A stretch of DNA of 64,000 nt from Escherichia phage vB_EcoM_G8. This document shows, piece by piece, positions 61,633 through 64,000 of this stretch. The notes beneath the pieces were generated by a model that saw only the letters and a list, made by a program, of their open reading frames with translations, searched no databases and was not told the DNA's origin. Position 1 is the first letter of the stretch; every line of letters begins with the position of its first letter. A program made the position numbers and the translations under genes. The stretch lies in sequence record NC_054915.1; one strand, 5' to 3'.

Positions 61633-61892
61633 AGCTCAATCTCAATGATTTTCATTTCATTACTATTAATAGCCGCTTTAAGACTATCTGAAAGAATTAC
61701 ACACCAGTGGTCATTCATATGACCATTAACTAAGCGTGTAATTTCTTCGGGAGTTGAAAAATAAGGCGTATCAGACTCCCAATGCGATAATCCCAAGCGA
61801 GTATAAATCATACCTTCATCATCGCTAGAATATTCAACTGACACAAACTCATCAGTTATTTTATGTTTAGCGTAATAAAATTTAAATTTCAT
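61629..61892 (-). CDS. Conserved hypothetical protein (87 aa from MKFKFYY)
   Basis: Internal ATG with RBS GGAGGAGTAAAA. Confidence 0.5.
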   Translation of the reverse strand: MKFKFYYAKHKITDEFVSVEYSSDDEGMIYTRLGLSHWESDTPYFSTPEEITRLVNGHMNDHWCVILSDSLKAAINSNEMKIIEIEL

Positions 61893-61904
61893 TTTTACTC
61901 CTCC

Positions 61905-61960
61905 GTAGCTGATAGTTGTATAGTATACCACAGTCCTTGTGGTATGTAAACTGTTTTGTG
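61905..61960 (-). promoter_or_regulatory. T4 early-type promoter cassette
   Basis: Minus strand ACAGTTTACATACCACAAGGACTGTGGTATACTATACAACTATCAGC. Confidence 0.45.
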
Positions 61961-61967
61961 AATTTTT

Positions 61968-62525
61968 TTAAATGGAAAGATACCATCCGTTGTAGTTGCT
62001 TTTTCTTACAACCTTACGAAGGTCTTCTCTGTCACCGATGAACTTCGGAGTGTACTGGATGACACCTGGATGAATTTCTTTAGTGTTGAATATAATTATA
62101 CAGTCAGCGACCTGATGATTCAGAATGGGCCCTAGATTTATTCCAGAACCATATGGATACTCTCCGCTGCATCCTGTTGTAACCGAAATCCAACGTGAGT
62201 CAGTTTGATGTGTCTTAACTTCTACACGAAGCCCACAGTATTTTGGATGCGCCAATACATCCCATGCATATGTGTACGGATCATCGACATCTTCTTGACC
62301 TTTGTTAACATACCCGCTTAGCCAATCTGCTACAAAAAATTCTGCGTACACAGCGATACGGCATCTTTCGATAACTTCTGTCTTATCCTGATTCGGATTT
62401 TGTTTTAAAGAGTATCTTGCTGTATCAGCAATTTTGACCTTCATTTCACTAGTCAAGTCACTGTTCGATAGGGTAAATGTCGGAATCTGAAATAGTCTCT
62501 GTAAACCCGGATTCGTTTTCTGCAT
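61968..62525 (-). CDS. denB: Endonuclease IV (dC-specific)
   Basis: 185-aa ORF, same size and position as T4 DenB. Confidence 0.88.
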   Translation of the reverse strand: MQKTNPGLQRLFQIPTFTLSNSDLTSEMKVKIADTARYSLKQNPNQDKTEVIERCRIAVYAEFFVADWLSGYVNKGQEDVDDPYTYAWDVLAHPKYCGLRVEVKTHQTDSRWISVTTGCSGEYPYGSGINLGPILNHQVADCIIIFNTKEIHPGVIQYTPKFIGDREDLRKVVRKSNYNGWYLSI

Positions 62526-62787
62526 TTAGACTTTCCTTTTTACCGCTGAGATAAGCGTTATATACTTTAAGAGTGCCGTAATAAATTCGGTCATTTTCAT
62601 CTAAAGACTCACGGTCAAGTTCATCGAGTTCCTTTTTATCCATGACTATAACATCATTGCAGTAAAGAAACCCAAGTTTTTCGTGACCAAACTCAAATTT
62701 ATTACAGTACACAATATTAGCGTGATGATTTCCGTGCAGTTTAATCTCTTTTATGTCGGAATCACCGATATTCATACAATAAATCAT
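62458..62787 (-). CDS. Conserved hypothetical protein (denB.1 position)
   Basis: 109-aa ORF overlapping the denB start region. Confidence 0.5.
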   Translation of the reverse strand: MIYCMNIGDSDIKEIKLHGNHHANIVYCNKFEFGHEKLGFLYCNDVIVMDKKELDELDRESLDENDRIYYGTLKVYNAYLSGKKESLNAENESGFTETISDSDIYPIEQ

Positions 62788-62797
62788 AATTTTTCCT

Positions 62798-62823
62798 TAA
62801 AACAAAAGGGCCGAAGCCCTTAT
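62798..62823 (-). terminator. Hairpin GGGCTTCGGCCC with flanking T/A runs
   Basis: Read directly. Confidence 0.5.
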
Positions 62824-63045
62824 TTATTTGAATTGTGCAATTCTTTTCTCTAAACAATCTGCGTAAGATTTCATTGAGATAAACTGTGAAAGCAGCAGTT
62901 CTTGCTCAACTGCACTAACTGTTAAAAACTTTGCGCTTTCTAAAAATTTGCTCAGTGCATTAATTTTGAGCATTAATTGATCGTATTCTTCTTTTACTCG
63001 TGCTTGATAACCTAACATAATTTTCCTTAATGCGATAAGGGCCAA
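62824..63045 (-). CDS. Small coiled-coil hypothetical protein
   Basis: 73-aa ORF. Confidence 0.5.
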   Translation of the reverse strand: MALIALRKIMLGYQARVKEEYDQLMLKINALSKFLESAKFLTVSAVEQELLLSQFISMKSYADCLEKRIAQFK

Positions 63046-63050
63046 AGCCC

Positions 63051-63989
63051 TTATTTAAATTGTTCAGTAACATCTTCAACTACTTCGTATTGGCAGGTAC
63101 GCATTTTAGCGTCGTTGTAATCAATCGGAATTGATACTACATCGCGAGGATGTACTTTAACTTTTACAACTCGGCTGGTTGAACTACCAAAGTGACGAAT
63201 ATAAGATTTAGAACACACATGCAGACCACGAGAACAAGTTTGTGTATCATCGTCGTTCACACGAGTACGTGGCATTTTAACTACTTTACCCGGACTGTTA
63301 TCAAAGGTATTTGAGTGACAGTCAAAGTAATTACTACGAACTACTTTCCAAGCATAGAAGTAACCATCTTCTGTAATTTCAATATCATTTGCTACCAAGA
63401 AATCAAAGAGTCGAGATACCGCTTTTTGGCTTGGGTTTTCCAACAGATTTTCCAAGAACGGAAAATAAAATTCAAAGTTTTCACCTTTTTCCATCGAGTC
63501 AAGAATACGATCAACCAGACCAGACCGTAATTCAATATTTTGATAGAACAAGCTTCCGCCTTCAATTCGAACATCGCCGGAAATATATTTTTCAACAGCG
63601 CGACGAACATTAATTTTTTGTGCAGCTTCTTCCAACTTATCCGCTACAAGCAGATTAAGAATTTCCTGGAAGTTTGAATGAGTATTAGGAGTTGCGTTAT
63701 AAGTTACACCGTCGACAGTAATTGAAATGAATTTTTTAGATGCATTCCAAATAATGTCAGATTTAGCAACTGGAGCAATAACTGCATCGCTATTAACTTT
63801 AACTGTAATATCACCGCTAATAGTAACTTTAGGGCGTTTAGCTTCTTCAGCATTTTTCAAAACACGACGGATTGTGTCAACCGATACATCCTTCCAATAA
63901 GCTAATTCCTGTTGGGTATAATTACCACTTGAATACAGTTTAACAATTTCAGCTTGTTCGTTTTTGGTCAGGCATTTAATATTGTACAT
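63051..63989 (-). CDS. rIIB: rIIB lysis inhibition / membrane integrity protein
   Basis: 312-aa ORF (same as T4 rIIB), MYNIKCLTKNEQAEIVKLYSSGNYTQQELA; the rIIA side would lie beyond the window. Confidence 0.92.
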   Translation of the reverse strand: MYNIKCLTKNEQAEIVKLYSSGNYTQQELAYWKDVSVDTIRRVLKNAEEAKRPKVTISGDITVKVNSDAVIAPVAKSDIIWNASKKFISITVDGVTYNATPNTHSNFQEILNLLVADKLEEAAQKINVRRAVEKYISGDVRIEGGSLFYQNIELRSGLVDRILDSMEKGENFEFYFPFLENLLENPSQKAVSRLFDFLVANDIEITEDGYFYAWKVVRSNYFDCHSNTFDNSPGKVVKMPRTRVNDDDTQTCSRGLHVCSKSYIRHFGSSTSRVVKVKVHPRDVVSIPIDYNDAKMRTCQYEVVEDVTEQFK

Positions 63990-64000
63990 AATTTTCCTTA

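Overview
The window is a ~64 kb contiguous segment of a T4-like (T-even) lytic myovirus genome, not bacterial chromosome. Gene order is collinear with the T4 map: 3' end of gene 24, rnlB, hoc, inh, uvsW, uvsY, baseplate hub genes 25-26-51-27-28-29-48-54, alt, DNA ligase 30, rIII, 31, cd, pseT, alc, rnlA, denA, nrdB (group I intron with truncated endonuclease ORF), nrdA, td (group I intron with I-TevI), frd, 32, 59, 33, dsbA, rnh, long tail fibre genes 34-35-36-37-38, holin t, asiA, arn, motA, 52, ac, stp, ndd, denB, rIIB. Gene identities come from my reading of the supplied translations and from T4 synteny as I remember it; no database search was possible. No rRNA, tRNA or CRISPR array was found. 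Main observations: (1) a perfect 55-bp tandem duplication inside essential baseplate gene 28 that shifts the frame; (2) an HNH homing endonuclease ORF with a TTG start wedged between uvsW and uvsW.1; (3) a 530-aa multidomain ORF with a Vsr/DUF559-like nuclease motif between nrdA and nrdB; (4) an extra 119-aa ORF between frd and td; (5) a T2-type fibre tip (gp37 with C-terminal chaperone-like domain plus glycine-rich gp38) in an otherwise T4-like backbone; (6) a frameshifted tandem copy of the alt 5' region. Coordinates I derived by hand may be off by 1-2 nt.
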